Source of the DNA: Tubiluchus corallicola
Taxonomy: Eukaryota > Animalia > Priapulida
Length of the DNA stretch: 64,000 nt
Direction: 5' to 3'
Assembly: GCA_030141605.1 (NCBI GenBank)
Contig: JAQGDQ010000108.1
Location: 62,001-126,000 of the forward strand
Part shown: piece after piece, positions 23,984 to 36,794 of the stretch
How the letters are laid out: the number at the start of each line of letters is the position of its first letter
Position numbering within the stretch: the first letter of the stretch is position 1
Notes under the pieces: generated by a model
The model's input: the letters and a program-made list of their open reading frames with translations, nothing else
Databases searched by the model: none
Told to the model about the DNA's origin: nothing
Made by a program: the position numbers and the translations under genes

Positions 23984-26900
23984 CTAAATGCCAGACGTAC
24001 TAGGGTAGTACAGATGCTGCTGCTTGTAAAGTGTTTCAAGAAGCTTCCAACCTAGAGAAATAAAGTTATGCTTTAGGCCTTTAGAACTAACGTCAATATC
24101 ATATCGGGTCTTTTTCATTGTCTTAAATCGCAAAAATTATTAAGAAACTATTAAATGGTAAAACATCATTTTAGCATGTTACGATGCTAGATAAACCAAA
24201 CAATTGAGGGATTTGACAATGTCGACTTTTTCGGGAAACCGCGATTTTAAAATTTTGTGGTTAGCTAAGAAAAGATCTATCATGCGAATAACACAGGTGA
24301 TTGGCAGGCAAAAATGGGCGATTGATGAAAATTCTACTTAACAGTTGACCCAGCACCTTACACTGATGACTTCTAGTATTTTTGCAGCTGTGATCACATG
24401 TCCTACACTTACCATTACCAAAAAGTAAACCTCTCCACAGAGACAAGAAAACTGACATTTTAAAAAGATTTTTACAAGTAAGCTAGCTAAAGTGCCGAAG
24501 CAGTGAAAGTTGTGATTGGTATTATTTTAGTGTTGCATAATCTGCTGCAGCTGCTCTGTTGTCGCTGTCGTTTATCTTCAGAAAAGTCCCATCCCATTTT
24601 CTCAGTAAACATGTATAATAAGATTCTGCTTACAGCAGAATTTTCTTGATTTACCACCGGTTTTTATTATTTCTTTATTTATCATTTATTTACTTGTGCA
24701 TTTCGTTTTTTAGTAATTCGCACACGCACTGAGCTAGGTCTCTAAAGCACACTTCCCCGGTAGTGGGATTTATGTTTTTGTGTAATCCGTCAGCCTCGAG
24801 TCGAAAGCCACGGAGCAGACAAGAAAAAAGCCCTTAAGAGCCTTGCGTTTCGGACCATTGGTGAAAAAGTGACAAGTTCTGATTTCATTGAAGCTTCTAA
24901 TGTCAAGCACAACAGTACCTACACACGATGTTAGCTATTTTGAAAAACATTTTTTATTTGAAAAGCTCTGACATAAAGCATCTCCTGTCACAGAACCTTA
25001 CCGCTGGTTTTTTTGACGCAACCAAAAACGCCCACTAGTTCACTATGCCTACTAGTTCATTTACATTGCACGATTATTGTTAAATTTTTAAAGCCAGTAT
25101 AGCTAGTAAAGTCAGTATTTCTCAGGCTAGTATAGGAAGAATGTCGAAATTGGGCATATGTTTGTAGCCCCGAATTCAGTATTGCAGGAGTGGTACCGTG
25201 GCCGCTAAACCGTGAATAAGATTAATTGAATCCAAGTAACTCGCCAACTAAGACAGACTTTCCAAGTGTCAACCGAAAAACTATGTATGCAAATTTATAA
25301 ACATAGCCAACAATTTTTTAATTTCAGTGTTATTCTCGTGAACTTTAATATTATCATTTTACCTTCTTTTGGGTCACTGTGGTATTTCCTAGTCCAGGCG
25401 TCAAGTAACAAATTGCTGTAACGTTTTTTCTCAAAATATTTTAAATATTTATGAGATGTTGGACTAGGAAAGATGCGCTGGAAATTTCCACGTCTCTGAT
25501 TCTCATCTTCTACTTCTATTAGCTCACGTACATCAGCTGGTGTGAGATCATCCAAAATACTCGAACTAATTTCCTTTACAAAACAGTAGCAGATTAGAAA
25601 ATTGGATATCTGACATTCTGTCAGAAGTAAGTAGATCCACAAGACGATTATAAATATCATTTAGTGTTGTGTTTTGATTACTCAAAAATAAAATGCAGTG
25701 ACAGAAAAGCAAACAAAAATTTGTGGCATCTCGTATGTTGTTGATTAATAAACGTCTTCATATAAGTTTACCATATTATCAAAGTTGTATCACACGATAT
25801 ACGTTCACGTGAAAGACAATAGAAGTGTTTTAATGCGATTATACAAACAGACGCTTATTAATTAGATCAGTTTCGTTAAATCTTAGGCAATTGTTATTAA
25901 TGTCGGACAGTTCAGGTTTTCTGGAGTGCTGTAGCAACATTTACCTGCTAAGAAGTACTCCTATTCTTATAAAGCTGTTCTTGCAATACGCAGGAATATT
26001 AAGCATGACATTTAAAAAATGCATCGCAAATATGTTGTAATCTGAATTAACCCTATTGTATATTGTTTGTTACCGCAGACGATCGATTCGACAGCAACTG
26101 TCATCTTCTATGTTGTAAATCAAGACAAAACAAATAATCATTACAATTATGAGCTTTTAGTAGTGTCAAAATTGTACTGATTAATTGTTTTGGCTTGATT
26201 TATAGCATTGAAAATGACAGTTGCTGTCAAAACGATCGTCTGCGCTAATAAACAACATACAACAGAGGCAGGCTCTTTCATTGTAATTAGCTCTATTGTG
26301 TCCTTTGCAATTTCCACTCTACCCGTAAATAAATAATTGGTTAACATTCTTTTAGTGATCAACTGCTCATTTCATTAACGATTTAAATAGCTAAAAGTAG
26401 TTCGAATTGTTTTATTGTTTTCCATTATATAAACACTCAGAAAAGTACACTTACATGAAAAGCTATAACGTTAAGTGCCGCAGTTCAGTAACTCAAAATG
26501 TGAAATTGAATTATACAGTTTTGTGTAATAAGCATGTGCATACTGAATGTAATTTAAAATATTTTAATTTATTAGCTATTTCTTTAGTTCACAGCCACAC
26601 GGCAAAGGTTTAGCATAATCTCGAGCAATAACTACAATAATTTTTTTTAGTTAGTTATAGTTAATTATAAAAATCGAGAGCATTTTTTAAATCTGCCCCT
26701 GATTAGTTATAGCTTTCCAACCGCCTTAAAAAATCGCTAACCATTTCACCATATGAAACGAAACGTACATAAAAACGTATTCTTTATTCTACTGCACACT
26801 TGCCTTTTCTGATGCTTTTATACTAAAGTAAGCACGTTTTGTTTTTTCAATATCGGTAAGGCTAGAATCCCTTAGGGAAGCTTGTTGTGCTGGTCGTATT

Positions 26901-29266
26901 GTTTGTTGAGTATCAGACATCACAGAGAAGTTGCTAAATAAGAATTGGTTGTGAAATCAATTGTTATTTGAACAAAATGTTTTTACAATAAGCCTTTTCA
27001 CCGTTTCGTTGCGCGCACGCGCAGTTGCTATAGGTCATATACGTTATATACACACACACATATACATATATACATATATATATATATATACCACCGAAAT
27101 TAATATATAGCACTAGCCAAACCTCGCAAAAGAACTTTGCGCACGAACCAACCTCCACACCCCCAACCCACATCACCCACACCATACCACCCACATTATG
27201 CCACCAACGCCATGCGGCAGCCACCACACCATGCCACGTTCACCACAACAAAAAACCATGCGCCACACACACGACAACAACCACACCATGCAACCCACAC
27301 CAGAATACCCATACTATACCACAAACTACACTACATCACCCACACCGTACGACCCATACGAAATCATGCCACACCCGCCGCCCAAACCACACTACACCAC
27401 AACACACACACACCATATTCATTACACCATACCACCTACACCATGCCAACGGCACCACCACCCACATTATGCTAATAAACATCGTGCCACAGTTACCACA
27501 CCACACCACGTCCACCACAACAGCCACACCATGACACGTTTAAAAATAAGTTTTTGGATCTGGAAGAATTGATTTTTCCAATATTTCTTTAAATATCAAT
27601 ATGACGCTCATGGCCACAGTTTTTCATTTTTTATTTATTTATTGTACAATGACAGAGCCACAGTATTTCAAGATCAAACTATTTCAGTGGCTAGAACAAT
27701 ATCTTCTTCATTCTTCTTTGCTTCTTGTAGTTCGTGTACCAAAGGTTTTTTATAATATCGGCAAACTCCTACAAATCATCTGTCATTAATGACCCGCTGC
27801 ACTAAGTAACTGTTCCATATAAACGCCTGTTGAGTTTGCTCAGATAAAGAGATGTATAAGTTCGGACGAAGCTAATAATCTAAAAGGGGTTTGTTATAAG
27901 ATACTCCTGCATGCTCACTAATTAACGTTAATTGGTGATTCAGTTAACTAACTTGAATACCACTAAATTACCGAATTACTGTTATTAAACAAACAAATCT
28001 TTTCTTCTTTAATGATGTCTATCAAGCAACAACAATATCAGCGAAACGTGCAACATTATTGCAGTCTGGTAAGATCTTAGTATATTGCAGACGCAGTACA
28101 TTTAAAAATATCTCCAAAATCGTAGCTATATATTATTGGTACATACGGCTAAGCTCCACTTACCTGGTTTTGGTGATTTTATGGCCAAATACTCGCATTG
28201 ACGTTGTTGATGAGCCACTTGCCAAATGTTTTGGTACTTTAAAGCCGGCAAGGTTAAATACGGATTGTATCATGTCAGCATTAATACTGTGTTGGCTCAC
28301 ACTGAAATAGAGAACTTTCAGTAGGCCAAAATGACAAACACGTACAAGGCACCAACAATTCGTAATGGCTGTCCATGTATATACATATAGTGAAAGCATA
28401 CATAAGCACGTAGCGATAAATCATTTGCTGAAATTTACACTAGATACACGTAGGCACAGATACTTCTTTAGTGTAAATTACAACTTTTGATTTAATGCTA
28501 CGTGCTAACGTGTGATTTCACTATAAAGCTAAATGCTGAAATAATAATATAACTTTCACACAGTTCGAACTTTCTTAGCGTATACTGATTACTAATAATT
28601 ACTTTTTCGCTAGTTGTTGGTGCTTTCCATCTGCAGAGATGAGGGACATGTAGTATTTTTGGTTTTCGTGAAAACAGGCATTACATAGAATTTACAATAT
28701 TATAATTATTATTATGCTCTTTATCTTCTCCACTAATTCAATGACCGATTGATAGCGAAGCTTTTTTGGTGAAACAAAGTGCTGATATATATTACTAACA
28801 CATTCCACAGATTTTACTTGGTCATTGTTTTATTTTTTCTACTTAAGCCGTAATTCTCCAGAAAAAGATTATACAAAAACCTGTAGATCAAAACGTCCTA
28901 TAAATAAATGAATACCTTGGTGAAGTGTTAACTTCTATCAACCATGGCTTTAGGTTGTGGTCCAACATAATGTCAAATCCGTATAATTCGTGACAACCAG
29001 AAGGACTATTTAGGTATGTACTGGTGAGATCATAAATGTTAGATTCTGCACTGCAAAATAATTTGAGATTTACTTCGGAATTTTGGGACTGATGTGAAAA
29101 CTCAAAGCAACAAACAATTATAAGGAAATAAATTAAAGCATTTAATTATATACTAACTACGTCTAATATTTAAAGACTTATTTATTTTTTATTTTCTTAA
29201 AATTATTTTAACTAAGGCAACATGCATCTAACGTGCAAAAAATTGAAGTTTCTGAAAATAAGAGCG

Positions 29267-29312
<46 letters not shown>

Positions 29313-30426
29313 AAATTAAAATTTAAAATGACTATCCGGAAGTATTTAATTTGCTTCGAATGGTGGTCATAACGTCACCCTGTAGTACTGATGTCACAAA
29401 TATTTCGTAATTACGTCTTTGTAGAATTGAAAAGCCAATGGCTTATCAGTTTCTACTAATTCTCTTGTTTACCCATTAACTGCATGGACAAATGAAGTGA
29501 AATCAGCCCAATTTACACGCAAGTGTAGATGAACGCTCCTTAAGAATTAATTGCAATTAACACACAAGCTTTTCAAAATCTTCTACTAAAGTATGTGCTA
29601 GAGGCTATTTATATAATTTGATCAACTGCAAATCGAACTTGGGAGCCAAAGATTCAGCGAATTTTACACTGGGCAATAGTTCTAAGTGTATAAACACCCC
29701 TGCATAAGAACTCTAAAAATATTTTAATAATTGTTCAATAAGGCTTGGTCATGTACAGGTATATCATGGAAATTTGAAGATCCCGAGGGTAATGAAAAAC
29801 TGGTTTACCTGATAATCTGTTTCATAACAAGATCCTTTATCTTATCCCAGATGACATCCATGGGAATACCTTTGGATTCCAGGTATCGCCACATTGTTTG
29901 AAGATGCCTGAAAGAAAAGAACACATCTCAAAACACATTTAGAGCAGGAAACAGTCTTAATCTTCTTTGAAAAGAATGTATAGAGACCTTGGTTTTTCAA
30001 TTTTTATTCACCGCACAAATCAGAGCACGATTTTTCAGGAAGCAGGTAACGTACACAGACAAAATCGGGAAGAAAAGGTTAAAGAAGACCTTGAAGAAGC
30101 AGGAGAGTCTAGTTATGTTTATTGCAGATATTGGCTGGGCAAAATTCTAAGCGATTCACTTAATTGTATATTGTTGCCAGCCATGCACTGGTTGACATAA
30201 TTTCTTTTCCCGACTCTTAGTATGTCAAAGTTCGCTTAAACTATATATAGAGAAAGATTTCCTCCCACGAATATTCTGTTTGGTATCACACACGCCACAC
30301 ATCCTAATATGCAGAAATTCCAGAAATACTTTCGCCAGTCAAAGCCATTTTGCTTTTAGCATTATAGAGAGAGAGATAGGGGGAGGGAGAGAAGAAACAA
30401 GAAGGGGGGTTAGAGAGACGGAGAGG

Positions 30427-30457
<31 letters not shown>

Positions 30458-33187
30458 CGAGAAAGAAGGAGAGAGAGAAGAGGAAAGAGTGACTGTAAGT
30501 ACTTTTTTGTAGTATTATCGTTTAATCTGCAAATCAAGAACAGCATACATAAAGATTGAGTCTAATAAGTCGAAACAAAATATTGTGTAGCAAAAAATAC
30601 TCAAATGCAAAATACATAGTGAATGCTAATTAAATAGTAAAAATGTAACCTAAAGTATTACAGCACATTTTCTGACGTGTGAATGCAAATTTAGACGTTC
30701 AAAAGAGGAGTGGTGTAATTTTCTTAATTACTTACACCATAGCAGCAAATAGTTGGCTCAAAGATGAAATACATGTAGCACTAAGACAAGAAAAAATACA
30801 AATATTTGGCAAACATAATAGCGCCTTAATTCACATATTAAGCTTTGCGACGTTAGTGACTTCGCTCACACCTTTTACCTGCCTTATACTACTGCCACCT
30901 GGTGCTTGAAATTCAGGAAACATCCTCACAGCGACAGAGAAAGATGGAAAAAAAATTGGAAGTGACAATTTTAATGCAGGTTTAACTTGTGGTGCATGAT
31001 GACCAGGAATTTAGCCAAATGGTTAGGCGGAGAGGGGCAGTGTATGAGCGAACGATAAAATTAATACAACATATTACAGGCCTATGTCAAGTTATTATGG
31101 TTTTCTAATCTCTAATAAGAATTTTACTGTTGTTAGTACCATTTATGCGCAGATTCTTCTCCAATGTTTGCAAATCTCTGTTTATATATGGGACTGCCCT
31201 TATTGATGTCAATATTAGTAAGATGCATAAAGACGTCATGTAGTTTATCAGCGTCGGTGTTATATCTGAAAGCAAAAAGTGAAATTCTATAATATTTATA
31301 ATTATTTTAGTGCGTAATATGTAATTGCAAGAAAAACGCGAAATATCATGTCATTTTTGCTTGCTATATAAAGAAAGTTTTTTTATCGCCTGTTCTACTA
31401 TTGAGTGTGTCAACTATTGGTTGCTGCAGAGGACGAAGCTCTGTTGTGAATGCAAGAAACTCCAAAACACAGTGTTTGCAATAGATCAAGCCATGACATA
31501 TTAAACAAAGTTGGTGAGTATAAATTCACCCAGTGAAATAACAGAAGTAATAGAGAAAATGAGTGGTACAAATTCAACCAACTCCATGTTGAAAAACCGA
31601 TAGGATCTGTTACAAATGACAAACATTTCATTCGAGTTTCCATAACGCAATGCATCACAATAATCTATTCTATACAATGACAAGTACAGAAAGATTTTGA
31701 TCGAACTACCCCATATGACCTATCACTATTATTAAGAAGTACATACATAAAGCTACATTAACAGTGGATACATAATTAGGGGTGGACAGTAACCGAAAAA
31801 TTCCAACATCATACTCGGTTACGAAAAGAAATGTTATAATCTTAATAATAAGAGAGACATAAAGAGAGGCAAGGTACGGTACGGTACAACAAAAAAGCTG
31901 AAAACTACGATACGGAATTAGAGTACGGTATTTTTCAAAAGTACGGTACGATACGGAATACGGCATTTTTCTCGTACTTTTTCCGTACCTTTATCGAACC
32001 TTTTCCGTACCTCAGCAGCACACGCAAACAAAATGGCTAGATTGGTTTGTCTTGGGTGCAAAAGCGACAACAGCTGTTTAGTAGCCCCAGTTGTCGTTTA
32101 CCGTAAACTGCGTTTATTGTTATTCGTAAACCTGGCAGATTATTTCCCATGTTTGCTACCTATTGTTTTGAAAAAAAACAATGTGTCGTTTAGAGCTTTT
32201 CATGCCACAGTATGTAGATCCCAAGTGCACTTGATACGGGATTACGATACCATATTTTACTGTATTAGTACGGTACAGTATTTTTAAAGGTACGAAATAC
32301 GTTATTTTTTCGTACCGTACCGTACTGATAGACTTGAGTGGAGGTGGTGGTCAAACAACAACGCAACAAGACGTCAACCCGGCTGGAAGAGTGATTGTGG
32401 ATGAACGCAGCCACATGGAACGTGTTGGTTGGTTACTTCCCATTGTTCCGCAACACGGCGAATGTTACATCCAACACGCCATAAAATTGCTTACAACTTC
32501 GCCGTAAGCACCATTTATGGAAAAATAAAAATGCAATGGCGTAGGTTAAATCAATACAGATAAAGAAACAAATCAGCAAAGCAAACAAACTGTAAAAGAA
32601 GTTCTTACTTTTTTGTCGCAAACTTCGCTGCACCACCAGTGTGCATATAAATTCGCAGTGGTTCCATTGACGGCACATACACATATATTCGAAAATCAAA
32701 CTTACGCCCTTCGATAAGAAATGGCTTCGATAGGTACCTAAGCAATAAAAGTGCTTTATTTTACTATTTGCCATAACGTAATGATTATAAACAATTATAC
32801 CATAACGTGTGCACGTAATGTAGGGCTTACTCTGCTAATGGGCAAATACGTCTTGTGCAAAATAGGTAAACTACTCGACTTAATGTTAGTGCATAAAAAC
32901 CACATGTATTAAAACAAAAATAGAATAGCATACAATAAATGTACTTGCACGAGCACACCAATTACTAAAACGATAACGGCAATGACAAAGCTGAAACAGC
33001 ACAATTACTGCACTCACGGGTAGACTCATATAATTTTACGCGTCATCAAATAAGCACAAATTAATGACATACAATAATATAAGTAAGAAATACTTTAAAG
33101 CACGTTGAAAAATGTATGATTATATATACGTAAGTATATATGCGCTTATCTGATGTGTAGACTTTTATATGTGAATCTGATTATGTG

Positions 33188-33233
<46 letters not shown>

Positions 33234-36200
33234 CAAAAAAGCACAATAAATCAGACATTAAGAAAAACAGTCGCTTATCGTGTGGTGTGATTTTGGAAGA
33301 GATTTTGGAATTTATCAAACCAAAAAGGTGAACAGGTAATATTAGCGGAAAACATCGAACAACATCAATTGTATTTAATGTCTGTTGTTCTAATAGGTTA
33401 AACCTTTGTGTTTAACTATTTAAAAATTTGTTATCGCATCAATTAGCAATAACTTATATAGGGCTTACATAGATTTAATCGGCAGGATTATACATCAAAA
33501 TGTGAAGTACCATACATAAATTGCTATCTAATTGCAGATATGCATGGAATTCTTCGAGACTGCGGGTATATACCAACTGCCTGGTGGCGTGGTGGGTTAC
33601 TTAACCCGCACAATTCAGTTTTAGATTGTTTAACTAATTATTCTGTTACTTTGTCGGTTTGGAGGTTAGTAGTATTATGGTCGGCGACTGGTTTTCATTA
33701 CAATACTGAGCAAAGAGATGCATCAAAAAGAAAAAAAAATGTATTAATAATCACTCATTTAACGTTTTGGATTTATTCGTAATTTATAAAATTAAATGCA
33801 GCTGCAAAGTAGTTTGCTCAAGCACCTGGCGAGTTACAAGTGTTAATGTTGTAACATTCTAGACAGAGGACGCCATTTTTCGTTCAAAATGAGCAAGCCC
33901 AAACTTGACGTAATCGCGACTTAAAATTGATTTTACAAGTTAATTGCGGCGCTTAACACAATTTTATTGCTGTGATTTTCTAACATTTTTCTCAAATATT
34001 AAAATAAGCACAACTTCTCGAGAGCCTAAGCTTTTGTTGAGTTGATTAACTGATCGTTCCCCGCCTCACAAGTCTATTATGGCCGAGTTCCAAAAAAAGG
34101 AACAGCATTTTTGCGTTAGGCGCGGCAGTGGGAATAATTGCCTTATATGCTTCGCTTGAGGACTGAGCACGAACAGTGGACTGTTCAGTGCAGAGGTAGC
34201 AAGAGTCACTTGGACGGGATGGCCCGAGCGTTAAAAAGCGATTTCGAAAACGCAAATTACTGAAATAATGTGTGTTTAAGCTGCAACGTAAGCCTTGGTA
34301 CTTTAATTTTACAAATACCGGTTTTTCACATCTTCATACTAATACATTGTGTCGCGTTTTGGTGACGATGCGCTGAAGCGCAATGCAGCCACTTAACAAC
34401 TGAAAGAGCAATAAATTGTGATATTAAAATCCCGTTAGGGTAATTTCAATTTTTTGCCCCATTTTAAACAGCTGTAGATCTGCTCGATTGCTAATGCATT
34501 TTTTAATAATTAATATCATAAGTCTATACAAATTTGTAGCGAGAAGGCAAATGTTTAATATTCCTCTGTGTCCTCAACCTCAACACTCACAATCTTACCA
34601 CGAGCAGCGAGGAATTAACGTCTAAGATTCGTATCTTAGCTAGCAGAGTATAGATAACAATATTAAAGCTTTTAAAGATAAAAATATGGAGAAACATAAA
34701 TTCGAACAACGTTTATTTTCCACTTACTCTTGAATAATAGCCGGCGAGTGTGGTAAGCTTACTTGTTCCCTTGTGTTTATCAGTTTAATTCCCTTTCCTT
34801 CAGACAAGTTAGGCTAAATATGAGAAGAAAATAAACAAAAATTATTCTATAATTAGCCCATAGTTCGCTGAAGTTTTTCTGAAAATTCAAAAACATTTTC
34901 AATTATTTTCATCACTCTGAAATGTAAACTATTTCTCAAGGTATCGCAAAATATTTAACTATTAGTACTATTATTACTATTTATTTCGAAATTGCAGTAT
35001 AATATTCAATTTGTTGGTAGCATAAAAAATATAATAAAACACACATTACAACAATAAGTAATACAGTAGTTAGTCAATGGGGAGTACAATAAAAATAATA
35101 CATTACTTAATTTAATTTTGACATATCCAGTCTACTATTAGGTAGTCTGTTCAAAAATTCAAAATATTTACGCTGGACTACATTCACAATATCTTTCACA
35201 AACAATACATGATAACTCCTCTCATTAATCACATTGTAAGCGCACTTAGAGACAATCTGTCTTACATGCGAAATTGCACTTTGAGCACATTTCAATTGTT
35301 GTTAGTTGTGAGTTATAACCGAAAGTAGAGTCTAAAGAATTAATTGCATTTTTCGCGACGAAATTTACGAGACAGTTTTGACTAGCAAGACTAGATGAAT
35401 CTTAAATCTATTAATCTTAAGCTGTTAATCTTAAACAAATTATTATCAGCCGGTTCAAAATGACACAAGCTATTTTCTGGATAATATGCTCTCTAGCTTT
35501 GTCTTTCCAACAATCACATGCCCCACGAGAATCACAAGCGAAACTGCTACATCAATTATAGATAAAATATTTTCAAATTTAATAGACACAAATTATATAG
35601 CTGGAAACTTATTAAATGCTATCTCAAATCACCTTCCGACCTTTATAATAACTGACATACAAACTGATGTTCACAGTCAACGCACTTACAGTAAACGATA
35701 ACAAAAAGACGATGTTAAATGAAGCCCATGTACAGAACCAAACTATGCTCTACTGTAGTTTCAACATCATTTATTATTATTTAACTTTAGACACGTAAAC
35801 TTTGTTAAACTCTCCAAATCGCAGTCTTTTGGTTCACGCTAACATCACAACTTGTAGAATTTTCTGATTGCAAACATACATTCAGTATGAAAATTAACTA
35901 ATAGTATGTTTGCAATCAGAAAATTCTACAAGTTGTCATGATAATGTTAACCTAAAGACTGTGATTTAGAGGGTTTAGCAAAGTCATACAAACCGGTTTT
36001 TGAATCCACAGTGTTTTGTTTCTATGTGATTTAACAAACTGTTGAAAGTTCCACACTTCACTTGGCAAAACGAACGTTAAAGGCATGTAGTTGAACTGGT
36101 TCGATCCAAACTTTAAACGCATCGCCTTGTAGTTTCTCCATAAAAAATCTTTTCGCATGTTGTTGCCGGGAAAATGATCATACTGGTAAATAACACAATT

Positions 36201-36763
36201 TAATTAAATTAGTCATTATTATGTTATGTACAGGTTGCCACAGAAGTCATTATACATTATACATTTACATTTGTTAAAAACGTGAAGCATAATGTTTAAA
36301 AATGGGGACAGAGGTACGACATCTTTACAGAACGAAAATCGAAACTGCAGCATTGGCAGTTTCTACATGCGTACCACTTTTTTCAAAGCATTTCAGCTAA
36401 CGATTGACTAACGCATTTTAAGCATCAGCAATTCAAGTAAAACGCTTGCACAACAACCTCTAATTAATATACCAAACTCTTGAAGAAGTCTTAGTCTTGT
36501 GGCATAAACGTTTTCCTCTCTGAAGCTCATCATAATAATGCCGGCTCGGTTAACTTGGTTTTGATACCAAAATAATTCCGAGAGACTGTTTTTGATTCGT
36601 GCCCTATTTTGCCGAAATTGTAGGAAAATTTGCAAAGATAAAGAAAATTTATCTTTTCGTATAGTTACATTTGAGACACTTACATAACATGTATCATCAT
36701 CGTCGTCGTCGTCGTCGTCATCATCGTCATCATCATCATCAACATCATCATCATCGTCATCAA

Positions 36764-36794
<31 letters not shown>

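Noticed and set aside
27137-27572. His/Thr/Pro-rich ORFs on both strands
   Set aside because: Low-complexity CCA satellite in a TTLL intron; no splice or domain support.
27740-27879. Possible extra TTLL exon
   Set aside because: Stops in all three frames after the candidate acceptor; the flanking exons already join in phase.
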